Shown here: one piece after another, positions 27,382 to 37,733 of the stretch | Layout: each line of letters starts with the position of its first letter | Numbering within the stretch: position 1 is the first letter of the stretch | Assembly (NCBI GenBank): GCA_965279035.1 | Contig: OZ257142.1 | Coordinates: 1,024,001 to 1,088,000, forward strand | Reading direction: 5' to 3' | Length of the DNA stretch: 64,000 nt | Source of the DNA: Bacteroidia bacterium | GTDB taxonomy: Bacteria > Bacteroidota > Bacteroidia > M30B66 | Notes under the pieces: generated by a model | What the model saw: only the letters and a program-made list of their open reading frames with translations | The model's database searches: none | Told to the model about the DNA's origin: nothing | Translations under genes and position numbers: made by a program

Positions 27382-30300
27382 TTAAGCCTCGTTGGCAGAT
27401 TTGTTACGGATTTTTGTCAGGTAGAATACCGATGGTTGAGTGCCTACTTCTTCAAGAAGTTGATACTTACGTTCGTTATTCCATGCCTTACGTACTTCTG
27501 ATTCTTGATCGTTAAAATCACCAAACGAAATTGCATTTGTTGGGCAAGCTTGTTGACAAGCAGTTTTAATTGATCCGTCTTTTGGACGACTGCTATTTTT
27601 CTTAGCATCAAGTTTACCAGCTTGAATTCGTTGGATACACATTGAGCATTTTTCCATTACCCCACGTGAACGAACGGTTACATCTGGATTTAATACCATT
27701 TTACCTAAATCGTCATACATGTTGAAATCAAACTCAACATTTTCATTATAACGGAACCAGTTGAAACGACGAACTTTATATGGACAGTTGTTCGCACAAT
27801 AGCGAGTACCAATACAACGGTTATACGTCATTTGATTCAAGCCTTCTAAACTATGTGTAGTTGCTAGAACCGGACATACAGTTTCACATGGAGCATGATT
27901 ACAATGCTGACACATGATTGGTTGGAAAACAACTTCAATAGTATCTGTTGCTGAAGGAACTTCCATCTTAAGGAACTTGTCGATAGCACCGATTCCATCT
28001 TTTTCTGCTACTTCTTCGTTCATGTCTGAACTATAATAGCGGTCGATTCTCATCCAATGCATTTCTCTGCTTCGACGAACTTCGTCTTTCCCTACAACAG
28101 GTACATTATTTTCAGCAGTACAACTAATAACACACGATCCACATCCAATACAGGAGTTAAGATCGATGGCCATATTCCAGAAATGGTTTTTATTCTCAAA
28201 CGAATCCCAAAGATTCAATTCCTTCGCAGTTGCTTTACCGTCTTTACCAATAGTTTTCAGATTGGTCGAATACAGTAAATCTTCGTTACCAGCTTTTGAA
28301 TCTTTCTTGTATTCGGCAAGTGTAGATTCTTTTACAATCTCACGTCCCATCATAGTATGGTGGGTTTGAGTTGCTGCTATATGATATTTCCCCTTACTTT
28401 CAGAAACAGTAATTCCAGAATTTATGAATTGGAATGTACCATCTACAAAAGTTGTCAATGGATAAGCATTCGCTCCAATTCCATTTGCAGTTTTACCTGC
28501 TGCAGTTCTACCATAGCCAAGCGCTATAGCAATTACTCCCTTAGGTAAACCTGGTTGAGCTACTACTGGAAGTTGTATTGAATTAGATCCAGATTTTACT
28601 TCAACGATATCAGATTCTTGCTCTTGTCCCATTAATGGATTGAATCCTTTCTCCTTCATTTCTTCAGGATTCATCAATACATAATTGTCCCAAGTAACCT
28701 TTGTCATTGGATCAGGAAATTCTTGAAGCCAAGGGTTGTTAGCTTGATTTCCAGTTCCAGTTCCTGTTTTTTGGTAAGTAATGAGTTCGACTCCAGATGC
28801 TTTACCAGCTTTAGCAACAATTGCAGATGCAGCAGTACTTACATCTCCACTAATTGGTGAACTGGAAACAGGAGTTGGTGACGTGATTAATTCAACTTTA
28901 ATAGCAGCAGGTACTACAGCTGTAGTTGTTGCTATTTCTGGCATGGTCGCTATTGGTGTTGCACTTGCCATTACGCCATCGTGCAATGAGCGGAACCAGA
29001 AATCATTGAAACTTAAGAAACCTGTAGAAGATGGATAAACGCTAGTTTCCCAAACTTTCGAAATATAATCGTGTGCATTGCTTGTATTACCCGCCCAAGT
29101 CAAAACACTTTCAAGAAACTGACGAGTTTCAAATAATGGATTGATTGTCGGTTGACCAAGTGCATAATGTCCTTTGCGAGGATTTGCATCTGTCCATGAC
29201 TCTAAATAATGATGATCAGGTGCAACTATTTTGCATGCTGCAGCAGTTTCATCAACGCGATCAGCAAATGAAACTGAAAGACTTACTTTAGAAAGAGCCT
29301 CTTTAAATGCAGAACCGTTTGGTAAAGTATAAACAGGATTTACATTATGGATTAAAAGAGCACCAACTATACCAGCAGTCATATCTGCTACTAAAGCATT
29401 TACAGCTGCATCATCACCTTGACGAGTGTAATCTTCTACATCTTTATTAATCGTAGTACCATATGAACCCAAATGAGAGTTGATTGCATTTACGATTTGT
29501 TGAATATTAGCATCATTGCTACCACATACAACTAAAGCTTTTCCTTTAGCCTCATTTAATTCTTTTGCCAATTCAGCTATTGAAGCATCTTTAGCATCTA
29601 AACTTTTAGAAGGAAGATTACTACCAGTAAGTTTATTGTAAAGATTTATAACTGCTAATCCAATTTGGGATGGTTTAACCGCAATACGTTTATCTGCATT
29701 CGAACCAGAAACAGAAAGCAATGATTCTATTTGAACGTGACGAGACATTTTCTTCTCGTCTTTATTCAATTTACGAGTTGCTGCATATTGACGTGCATGC
29801 TCAACTGGACTAAGCCAATTGGCTAAGAAATCACATTCAATTCCAACAATATAATCTGCTTTATCAAAATTGTATGTTGGCACGAATGATTTTCCAAATG
29901 ATGCCAAGTTAGCATTAGCAATTCCTTTGTATGAAATCGTATCGTATGTTACAACTTGAGTTGTAGGATATTTAGTTGTGAATTCTGCGATGGCAGATTT
30001 TATCGATGGGCTGATCAATGTAGAAGTCAGGATACGAATAGAACCACCAGCAGCAGCAATACTTGCAAGCTTTGAATTAACTTCAGAATCGACAGACTTC
30101 CAATCACTCTGTTTGCCATTCATCATAGCGCCTTTAATTCGCGCACTATCATAGAGTGATAAAACAGAAGCTTGAACACGAGCATGTGATCCTCCTTTAG
30201 TAATGGAACAAAGTTCATTGCCATCTACTTTGATAGGACGACCTTCACGTGTTTTAACTAAAACTCCAGCGAAATCATTTCCATCCCAATAAGAAGATGC

Positions 30301-30582
30301 ATAATAATTTGCAACTCCGGGTGTGATTTCTTCTGGCTTATTTAGATATGGGATTGCCTTGCGAACAGGTGTCTCACAAGCAGCTAAAGATGCTGCCGTA
30401 ACACTAAATCCTAGAAATTTAAGAAAATCTCTACGGTTTGTTGATGAATCCACGATGCGCTCGTCACCGAGGAATTGATCAACCGGAAGGTCTTCTGCAA
30501 ACTCATTTTGCTGAAGTTTTACAAACTCAGGTGTTGCCTGAAGTTCTTCTATTCCTTTCCAGTATTTCTTCGAATTGCTCAT
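27382..30582 (-). CDS. actB: Alternative complex III subunit B (molybdopterin-oxidoreductase-like fold plus Fe-S domain)
   Basis: KYWK start, Tat motif RRDFLK, LAAC lipid Cys, CIGCGSCVISC, CQHC..APCE.VCP, CIGTRYC..NCP, EKCSMC. Confidence 0.95.
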   Translation of the reverse strand: MSNSKKYWKGIEELQATPEFVKLQQNEFAEDLPVDQFLGDERIVDSSTNRRDFLKFLGFSVTAASLAACETPVRKAIPYLNKPEEITPGVANYYASSYWDGNDFAGVLVKTREGRPIKVDGNELCSITKGGSHARVQASVLSLYDSARIKGAMMNGKQSDWKSVDSEVNSKLASIAAAGGSIRILTSTLISPSIKSAIAEFTTKYPTTQVVTYDTISYKGIANANLASFGKSFVPTYNFDKADYIVGIECDFLANWLSPVEHARQYAATRKLNKDEKKMSRHVQIESLLSVSGSNADKRIAVKPSQIGLAVINLYNKLTGSNLPSKSLDAKDASIAELAKELNEAKGKALVVCGSNDANIQQIVNAINSHLGSYGTTINKDVEDYTRQGDDAAVNALVADMTAGIVGALLIHNVNPVYTLPNGSAFKEALSKVSLSVSFADRVDETAAACKIVAPDHHYLESWTDANPRKGHYALGQPTINPLFETRQFLESVLTWAGNTSNAHDYISKVWETSVYPSSTGFLSFNDFWFRSLHDGVMASATPIATMPEIATTTAVVPAAIKVELITSPTPVSSSPISGDVSTAASAIVAKAGKASGVELITYQKTGTGTGNQANNPWLQEFPDPMTKVTWDNYVLMNPEEMKEKGFNPLMGQEQESDIVEVKSGSNSIQLPVVAQPGLPKGVIAIALGYGRTAAGKTANGIGANAYPLTTFVDGTFQFINSGITVSESKGKYHIAATQTHHTMMGREIVKESTLAEYKKDSKAGNEDLLYSTNLKTIGKDGKATAKELNLWDSFENKNHFWNMAIDLNSCIGCGSCVISCTAENNVPVVGKDEVRRSREMHWMRIDRYYSSDMNEEVAEKDGIGAIDKFLKMEVPSATDTIEVVFQPIMCQHCNHAPCETVCPVLATTHSLEGLNQMTYNRCIGTRYCANNCPYKVRRFNWFRYNENVEFDFNMYDDLGKMVLNPDVTVRSRGVMEKCSMCIQRIQAGKLDAKKNSSRPKDGSIKTACQQACPTNAISFGDFNDQESEVRKAWNNERKYQLLEEVGTQPSVFYLTKIRNKSANEA

Positions 30583-30619
30583 ACTTCGTAAAAGTCCGGT
30601 TTATGAAGGAGGATGTGGA

Positions 30620-31882
30620 TCAATAATGACATTTAGAGCATTCCAAACCACCGATTTTTCCAATCGTGAATTTGTCGCCTTTTTTATATGCTGGGTCGTT
30701 TACAAATTGCTTGTGAAGCTCTTCGTAATACTTATTGTCTTTGTAATCAACTTCCGTTTGACGGTGACAGTCGATACACCATCCCATCGTTAATGGAGAA
30801 TTTTGTTTTACAACGGCCATTGAATCAACAGCTCCGTGACATTGTTTACATTCAATTTTACCAACTTTTACGTGTTGACTGTGATTGAAATAAACATGAT
30901 CAGGAAGATTGTGAACGCGTATCCATTGAATTGGTTTTTTGTTCGGTCCATAAACACGTGTCTCCGGATTGTAATCTAGAGCCGTATATATTTTCTTAAT
31001 CTCTTCTGTTCCAGTTACAGCGCCTTGTTGAATGTATGCATGACAATTCATACAAACATTGGCTGAAGGAATATTCGCGTGTTTAGATTTTTCTACACCA
31101 CTGTGGCAATAAACACAAGCAATTTTGTTTTGTCCAGCATGTATTTCGTGAGAAAATTTTATCGGTTGTTCAGGAGCATAACCTTGATATACGCCTACAC
31201 CCATTAATCCATCCCATCCTTGTTTCAATACCCAAATAACAAGAAGTAAACTAGCTAAAGCGACAATCTTTTTGTTTTGAGAAGCCCAGAAACGGAAACG
31301 CTCAAGTGGCCCTAAAACTGGTTTTGGCTCAACATGTATTCCGTTTTTCTCATTCACTAATGTTTCAAGAGAAGCCTTAACAGTTCCAAGAACATTAATT
31401 AAAACAATCAATAAAATGCCTAGCCCAAGTAAAACATAAAAGTATGTTTCATTACTAGCTGATTTTACTTCGGATGCTGAAGTCCCCGCTGCGTTAGCAT
31501 CTGTTGGAGTTGTAGCTACTGGAGCATCGCCACCTTTATCTGCCCAATTGATGACAGCTATTATTTCGGCATCAGATAATGCTTGTGCAGGCATGGGAGA
31601 ATTCCCATTGTCAGCAAATAGCTTATTAGCATAAGCATCTCCGGTTTTTAAAAATTCCGCAGAATTCTTAACCCAAGAAATGAGTTTTGCTTCATCTGTC
31701 CAACGGCTTTTAACGCCTTTAAGACCGGGACCAACTAATTTCTGATCAGTTGGCTTGTGGCAGGATGCACAATTGCCTTTAAACAACTTTGCTCCATCTT
31801 GAGCATAAGTCGAATTAGCAGTGAAGGCAACAGTAAAAAATACTGCCAGAACACGTATGATATGGGAACGGAATAGATGCAT
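30620..31882 (-). CDS. actA: Alternative complex III multiheme cytochrome c (6 CxxCH)
   Basis: N-terminal CASCH domain plus CVYCH, CMNCH, CKQCH, CIDCH, CSKCH; PEQPIKFSH..H. Confidence 0.93.
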   Translation of the reverse strand: MHLFRSHIIRVLAVFFTVAFTANSTYAQDGAKLFKGNCASCHKPTDQKLVGPGLKGVKSRWTDEAKLISWVKNSAEFLKTGDAYANKLFADNGNSPMPAQALSDAEIIAVINWADKGGDAPVATTPTDANAAGTSASEVKSASNETYFYVLLGLGILLIVLINVLGTVKASLETLVNEKNGIHVEPKPVLGPLERFRFWASQNKKIVALASLLLVIWVLKQGWDGLMGVGVYQGYAPEQPIKFSHEIHAGQNKIACVYCHSGVEKSKHANIPSANVCMNCHAYIQQGAVTGTEEIKKIYTALDYNPETRVYGPNKKPIQWIRVHNLPDHVYFNHSQHVKVGKIECKQCHGAVDSMAVVKQNSPLTMGWCIDCHRQTEVDYKDNKYYEELHKQFVNDPAYKKGDKFTIGKIGGLECSKCHY

Positions 31883-31924
31883 AGACCAGCAGGTAGGATG
31901 ACCCCTATTTCAGTTTTAACGGCT

Positions 31925-31996
31925 GCAAATTTAACCGTTAACCCTTTCCTTTATGATTTTTTTTGAGTTTGTTGATAATTTAGAATAGTTCTAAAT
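31925..31996 (-). promoter_or_regulatory. actA promoter with upstream palindromic operator
   Basis: -7 TAAATTTG (31932-31925); perfect ATTTAGAA-TAG-TTCTAAAT at 31978-31996. Confidence 0.6.
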
Positions 31997-32171
31997 AATT
32001 CGGTTCCTTCAATTTTGAATTCATTATGCATCATGAAAATTCTTTTCACCAAAGCATCAATTACTTATATTTTTATTCATTCAAATAATTTCAATTTAAT
32101 TCATCTATGGTCTTCATAAATTCGATACATAAATGAATATTACTGCTTAATTTTGCTTCAAAATAATCTGG

Positions 32172-32657
32172 ATGAATTTGATTTCAAATCGATTTTCGCT
32201 TCTTACAAAAGTCTTTTTAACTCTGTTTTTATTATTTTACTTGAAAGATTCTGAAGCCCAAATTCAAGATTCCACCTCTTTAAAAGTAAATGAAGAAAAT
32301 ATAGTTCAAAATGATTCTCAACTTATAGGTAATATCAAATGGAATTTACCAGATGGCTTATCAGAATTAATTGAAACCTATAAAAAGGCAAATTATGCAT
32401 CACCGGGTATTGAAGGTTATCGTGTTCAGATACTTTCAGATGCAGGAAATAATGCAAAGGATAGAGCCCAATCGTCCTTAATTGAGTTTGAACGATACTT
32501 CCCTGGAATTGCTGTATACTTAAGCTATCAACAACCAAATTTTAAAGTTCGTTGTGGTGATTATCGAACAAAAGCAGAAGCCCGGAGACTGCTCAACGAT
32601 GTGTTAGGGCAATTTCCGGGCGCTTATATAGTTAGGGATCATATTAAGCTCCCCTAA
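32172..32657 (+). CDS. SPOR-domain peptidoglycan-binding protein
   Basis: Signal peptide; GYRVQI, Y.QPNFKVR.GDYRT..EA, FPGAYIV; -7 TAATTTTG at 32148-32155. Confidence 0.85.
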   Translation: MNLISNRFSLLTKVFLTLFLLFYLKDSEAQIQDSTSLKVNEENIVQNDSQLIGNIKWNLPDGLSELIETYKKANYASPGIEGYRVQILSDAGNNAKDRAQSSLIEFERYFPGIAVYLSYQQPNFKVRCGDYRTKAEARRLLNDVLGQFPGAYIVRDHIKLP

Positions 32658-32671
32658 ATTAGGTTTGTTTA

Positions 32672-35600
32672 CTACAATTTTCGTTTAATCTCCACATTTT
32701 CATATCCTTCAATAATATCACCTTCTTTGATATCATTGAAATTATGAATGTTCAATCCACATTCGTATCCAGTAGCAACTTCTTTCACATCATCTTTGAA
32801 ACGTTTCAAAGAACCTAAATCACCAGAATAAACTACAATACCATCTCGAATTAATCGGATTTTTGTGTGACGAGTTATTTTACCATCTAGAACATAGCAA
32901 CCTGCAACAGTTCCAACTTTGGTAATTTTAAATACATCTCTAACTTCCACATTGCACACAATTTTTTCTTCAAATTCTGGTGCAAGCATTCCTTCCATCG
33001 CTGCTTTAATCTCCTCAATCGCTTTGTAAATGATTGAATAGAATCGCATATCGATTTCTTCATTTTCTGCCAATTTACGGGCGCTTGCAGAAGGACGAAC
33101 TTGGAATCCAATAATAATTGCATTGGAAGCAGAAGCAAGCAAAACATCCCCTTCGGTTACTTGTCCAACCGATTTATGAATAATATTTACTTGAATCTTT
33201 TCTGTTGAAAGTTTTAACAATGAATCAGAAAGAGCTTCAACAGAACCATCAACGTCACCTTTTACAATAATGTTTAATTCTTTGAAATCCCCAATCGCAA
33301 TACGTCGTCCGATTTCATCAAGCGTAATGTGCTTATGAGTACGAATACCTTGCTCACGCTGAAGTTGCTGACGCTTGTTGGCAATTTCTCTAGCCTCACG
33401 TTCATCATTCATCACATTGAATTTATCTCCTGAAGATGGAGCTCCACTCAATCCGAGCATTTGAACAGACATCGAAGGTCCAGCTTCTTTAATTGAAGCA
33501 CCTCTTTCGTTGAATAGTGCTTTAACACGTCCACTATTTGGACCAGCTAATACTACATCACCAATACGAAGTGTTCCAGCTAAAATAATCATCGTAGTAA
33601 CATAACCACGACCTTTATCTAGTTCTGATTCAATTACAGTTCCTGTTGCACGTTTATCTGGATTCGCTTTTAAATCTAATAATTCTGCTTCAAGAAGTAC
33701 CTTTTCAAGTAACAAGTCTACATTTTTACCATGTTTTGCAGCAATTTCTTGAATTTGATATTTTCCACCCCAATCCTCAACTAATATATTCATAGCAGCT
33801 AACTGCTCACGAATTTTATCTGGATTAGCTCCTGGTTTATCAATTTTATTGATTGCAAATACAATTGGAACTTGAGCCGCTTGAGCGTGATTTATTGCTT
33901 CTATTGTTTGAGGCATTACACTATCGTCAGCTGCAATAACAATAATTGCAACGTCTGTAACTTGTGCACCACGAGCACGCATCGCGGTAAAGGCTTCGTG
34001 ACCTGGAGTATCTAAGAAAGTAATTTTCTTGCCATTCTCCATGGTCACATTATATGCTCCAATATGCTGAGTAATTCCACCAGCTTCTCCGGCAATAACA
34101 TTTGCTTTCCGAATATAATCGAGTAATGAAGTTTTACCGTGATCGACGTGACCCATTACGGTAACAATAGGTGGTCTTGGAATTAGATTCTCATCGGTAT
34201 CTTCTTCTTCTTTTATTGCTTCTTGAACTTCAACAGAAACGAATTCTACTTTATACCCAAATTCTTCAGCAACAATAGTAAGAGTTTCTGCATCGAGGCG
34301 CTGATTAATAGACACAAAAAGCCCCAATGACATACAAGTCGATATAATCTCATTAACAGGAACACTCATCATTCGAGCTAACTCATTCGCTGAAACGAAT
34401 TCAGTTACTTTGATGATCTTTTCCTGTCCTTCCATTTCTGCTTCTTCTTGAGCAGCACGGAAATCTTCACGTTTTTGTTTACGATATTTTGCAGACTTAG
34501 ACTTTTGCTTTCCTTGACTTAAACGAGCTAGAGTTTCTTTAATCTGCTTTTGAACATCTTCCTCAGTTAATTGAGGTTTTGGAGCACCAGGAGCGGGTCT
34601 GTTTTGACCTGGACCACCTTGGCGAGGACGTATTTCTCTGTTGGGACCTGTACTTGGTTTCCCACCACCACCACCTTGATTCTGTGTTGGAGCATTTCCA
34701 CCTGCACCTGGAGGAGTATCAATGCGTTTGCGTTTTTTCTTCCTATCATTATTTCCTAATCCAGCACCTGAAGAAGATGCAATTGGTTTCTTAGGAGGTT
34801 CAGGAGTAAGCTCAATTTTACCAAGAATTTTAACGCCTTCTAATTTTTCTCTAGCTGCACGAAATAATTCTTCTGGTTGCTTAACAATTGGTTCCGAAGA
34901 CTCTGTAACGATTGGCTTTTCAACATTAACTACTGGTTTTACTTCCGCTTTTATAGCCTCTACAGGTTTCGGTTTAGCAGGTTCAGCAATTTTAACTACA
35001 GGTCTTTCTTGTTTAGCTTCTTTATTTTTTTCTTTAGAATCCTTTGAAGGTTTTTTTCCTCTGCTTTTATCAAATGAACCTAAATCAATTTTACCTAAAA
35101 CTTTTAGTTGATTTTCTTTAACAGGTTCAACTGTTGAAGGTTCATTCGTTTTTTCCGATTCAGGCAGTTCTATTTCAGTTGAATTAACTGGTTGAATAAC
35201 TTCCTCTTTTGTTTCAGCAATAATAACAGGTTCAGGCTCTACAATCGATTCCGGAGCTTTTATTTCAATAGGTTCTGGAATTGAAACAGGCACTTGAACT
35301 GGTTCCGGTTCTGGCTCAACAATAGGAGCTGAAGTTGGAACTGGTGTAGGCACTGTTACTGGAGTTGAAGCACGTTGCCCCATTCCTTTTATAAGGAACT
35401 CGTCGGGTTCATGATCAATATCTTCTGACTTAACTACTGGTTGATTTTCATCAAGCGAAATGGGCTCACGTTTAAGTCGAGTTTGAATTATTTTTTTCGA
35501 CTCTTCTTTTACGCTTTTCTCTGCACCATATTCTTTGAGCAGCAAAGAATACATCTCATCACTAATCTTGGAATTACGATTAATGTCTTCAAACTTTTTA

Positions 35601-35689
35601 TCAGTAAGAAAATCAATAACCGTTTGAACTCCAACATTTAGTTCTGTGGCAACTTTACTTATTCGTCTTGTTTGTTGTGCTTCTGACAT
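32672..35689 (-). CDS. infB: Translation initiation factor IF-2
   Basis: [30 protein letters not shown]; long low-complexity N-terminus. Confidence 0.98.
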   Translation of the reverse strand: MSEAQQTRRISKVATELNVGVQTVIDFLTDKKFEDINRNSKISDEMYSLLLKEYGAEKSVKEESKKIIQTRLKREPISLDENQPVVKSEDIDHEPDEFLIKGMGQRASTPVTVPTPVPTSAPIVEPEPEPVQVPVSIPEPIEIKAPESIVEPEPVIIAETKEEVIQPVNSTEIELPESEKTNEPSTVEPVKENQLKVLGKIDLGSFDKSRGKKPSKDSKEKNKEAKQERPVVKIAEPAKPKPVEAIKAEVKPVVNVEKPIVTESSEPIVKQPEELFRAAREKLEGVKILGKIELTPEPPKKPIASSSGAGLGNNDRKKKRKRIDTPPGAGGNAPTQNQGGGGGKPSTGPNREIRPRQGGPGQNRPAPGAPKPQLTEEDVQKQIKETLARLSQGKQKSKSAKYRKQKREDFRAAQEEAEMEGQEKIIKVTEFVSANELARMMSVPVNEIISTCMSLGLFVSINQRLDAETLTIVAEEFGYKVEFVSVEVQEAIKEEEDTDENLIPRPPIVTVMGHVDHGKTSLLDYIRKANVIAGEAGGITQHIGAYNVTMENGKKITFLDTPGHEAFTAMRARGAQVTDVAIIVIAADDSVMPQTIEAINHAQAAQVPIVFAINKIDKPGANPDKIREQLAAMNILVEDWGGKYQIQEIAAKHGKNVDLLLEKVLLEAELLDLKANPDKRATGTVIESELDKGRGYVTTMIILAGTLRIGDVVLAGPNSGRVKALFNERGASIKEAGPSMSVQMLGLSGAPSSGDKFNVMNDEREAREIANKRQQLQREQGIRTHKHITLDEIGRRIAIGDFKELNIIVKGDVDGSVEALSDSLLKLSTEKIQVNIIHKSVGQVTEGDVLLASASNAIIIGFQVRPSASARKLAENEEIDMRFYSIIYKAIEEIKAAMEGMLAPEFEEKIVCNVEVRDVFKITKVGTVAGCYVLDGKITRHTKIRLIRDGIVVYSGDLGSLKRFKDDVKEVATGYECGLNIHNFNDIKEGDIIEGYENVEIKRKL

Positions 35690-35730
35690 TCAACAGTGTT
35701 AATAAATTGTTTGGGTTTATCTGCTTTACC

Positions 35731-36966
35731 TTATTCAAATTCAGCTCGCAGAATCCGCATCACTTCTTTTATAGTTTCTTCTTCAAGATCAGTTCTTTTT
35801 ACAAGATCATCAACTGGAAGTTCAAGAACACTTTTCGCTGTATCACATCCTGCTTTTTTCAACTCATCCAAGATCCAGCTATCGATCTCATCACCGAATT
35901 CTTCCAAGTCAACATCTTCTTGATCCAAATCAGAATCACGATAAACGTCTATTTCGTATCCAGTTAATCGACTAGCAAGTTTTATATTCAGTCCACCTTT
36001 ACCAATGGCAAGTGATACTTGATCTGGTTTCAAATAAACCTCAGCTCTTTTTGTTGCTTCATCTAATTTAATGGATGAAATTTTAGCAGGGCTGAGTGCT
36101 CTTGTTATGTATAGCGCATTGTTCGTTGTGAAATTAATCACATCAATATTTTCATTCTTCAACTCTCTAACAATACCGTGTATTCTAGAGCCTTTCATAC
36201 CTACACAAGCTCCAACTGGATCGATACGATCGTCGTAACTTTCTACTGCTACTTTGGCGCGTACACCAGGCTCACGAACTATTTTCTTAATGGTAATCAA
36301 ACCATCAAAAACTTCCGGAACTTCTTGTTCAAAAAGCTTTTCTAAGAATACTGGAGATGTTCTCGAAAGAATGATTTGAGGCGTATTATTCTTCATGTCA
36401 ACTCGAAGAACTACAGCTCGAGCATTTTCCCCTTTTTTAAAGAAGTCACTTGGAATTTGTTCTGTTTTCGGAATCACAAGTTCGTTTCCTTCTTCATCCA
36501 AAATCAACACTTCCTTTTTCCAAACTTGATAAATCTCACCTGAAACAACTTCTCCTACACGGTCTTTATATTTACGATAAACACCGTCTTTTTCAAGTTC
36601 AGAAATACGAGCAACTAAATTTTGACGGAATGCCAAAACAGCACGGCGACCGAAATCATTCAGTTTTACTTCTTCCGAAACCTCTTCACCTACTTCAAAG
36701 TCAGGTTCAATCTTAATAGCATCAGCATAAGCGATTTGGCTATTTGGATCTTCCACAGAGTCGTTTTCTACAATCTCTCTGTTGTGCCAAACTTCAAGGT
36801 CACCTTTGTCAATATTAATAATGATGTCAAAGTTTTCATCAGATCCGTACTTTTTGATGATCATATTACGGAACACATCTTCCAAGATACCCATCATGGT
36901 TACCCGGTCGATGTTTTTGAATTCTTTAAACTCTGCGAACGATTCAATGAGAGCTGCGTGTTCCAT
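35731..36966 (-). CDS. nusA: Transcription termination/antitermination factor NusA
   Basis: FGRRA, S1 and KH domains, IDPVGACVGMKGSRI, AIGKGG.N. Confidence 0.97.
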   Translation of the reverse strand: MEHAALIESFAEFKEFKNIDRVTMMGILEDVFRNMIIKKYGSDENFDIIINIDKGDLEVWHNREIVENDSVEDPNSQIAYADAIKIEPDFEVGEEVSEEVKLNDFGRRAVLAFRQNLVARISELEKDGVYRKYKDRVGEVVSGEIYQVWKKEVLILDEEGNELVIPKTEQIPSDFFKKGENARAVVLRVDMKNNTPQIILSRTSPVFLEKLFEQEVPEVFDGLITIKKIVREPGVRAKVAVESYDDRIDPVGACVGMKGSRIHGIVRELKNENIDVINFTTNNALYITRALSPAKISSIKLDEATKRAEVYLKPDQVSLAIGKGGLNIKLASRLTGYEIDVYRDSDLDQEDVDLEEFGDEIDSWILDELKKAGCDTAKSVLELPVDDLVKRTDLEEETIKEVMRILRAEFE

Positions 36967-36986
36967 TGTTTATTTAGGCATTCGTG

Positions 36987-37463
36987 TTAAATGGTTATAA
37001 CCAATCTAGTTTCTTTCACTTCAGGAAAGGTAAACCGACGTGGCTCATTCAGGTTAGTTGATGGTAGTGATTTTTTTTTATTGTTCTTCAACGTTGGAAG
37101 TATTTCAAATCCAAGTTCATCAGCGACAGACAATAAACCAGTTAATTTATCTCCGTTGGCAAAAGTAAGCTCCACTTCTTTGCCTGAATACTTTCTGTAT
37201 TGGCGAAGGTGTTTTAATGGAGAATCTATGCCAGGAGAAGAAACTTCCAATTCAAAATCCTGTTTCTCACGGTCAAGATTTGATTCAATATGGCGACTTA
37301 AAGCAATACAATCCTTTATAGAAACATGCTCATCATTTTCTATGAAAACAGAAATCCGATTTCCCGGACGCACGTTAACATAAATCAGATAGTTTGCAGA
37401 ATCTTTTAAAAAATCTTCCGCAAGCCCAGCAATATGTTCTTTACTAATCATATTCTTCATCAT
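36987..37463 (-). CDS. rimP: Ribosome maturation factor RimP
   Basis: DC..LSR, DFELEVSSPGIDSPL; first gene of rimP-nusA-infB. Confidence 0.93.
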   Translation of the reverse strand: MMKNMISKEHIAGLAEDFLKDSANYLIYVNVRPGNRISVFIENDEHVSIKDCIALSRHIESNLDREKQDFELEVSSPGIDSPLKHLRQYRKYSGKEVELTFANGDKLTGLLSVADELGFEILPTLKNNKKKSLPSTNLNEPRRFTFPEVKETRLVITI

Positions 37464-37469
37464 CGAAAT

Positions 37470-37492
37470 AAAAAAAGGGACATTGTCCCCTT
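37470..37492 (-). promoter_or_regulatory. rimP leader attenuator hairpin
   Basis: AAGGGGAC-AAT-GTCCC-TTTTTTT between the promoter and the rimP start. Confidence 0.6.
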
Positions 37493-37506
37493 CTCTAAAA
37501 CCGCGG

Positions 37507-37537
37507 CAAAACTACAATAAGATTTTCAAATCTCAAA
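37507..37537 (-). promoter_or_regulatory. rimP-nusA-infB promoter
   Basis: TTTG(-33)-19 nt-TAGTTTTG(-7). Confidence 0.7.
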
Positions 37538-37640
37538 GAACCATCTGGAATCAAACTTAGTAGTGCGTCAAATTGACACCTATCTATATGTACTTATTGT
37601 CTTCATTCAAAAAATCCGATACCACCATTTTTTTGTCTCC

Positions 37641-37670
37641 TTTGTTTAAAACCCAATTTCTGTATATTTG
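37641..37670 (+). promoter_or_regulatory. exbB operon promoter
   Basis: TTTG-18 nt-TATATTTG. Confidence 0.65.
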
Positions 37671-37733
37671 CCCAAATCCAATTCTTTTTAACAGACCTTT
37701 TAACAATCAACCATCCTTTAAAACGCTTAAAAA

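Noticed and set aside
27382-30582. Molybdoenzyme for anaerobic respiration
   Set aside because: Context and motifs identify ActB, whose molybdopterin-like domain carries no cofactor in characterised ACIII
37071-37079. A9 run in rimP (also T8 near 17610 and A8 near 46295) as phase-variation tracts
   Set aside because: Short runs are expected in an AT-rich genome and all reading frames are intact
34567-37383. Long antisense or alternate-frame ORFs over infB, nusA and rimP (and similar ones throughout the window)
   Set aside because: Shadow ORFs of conserved genes, with no recognisable motifs or expression signals
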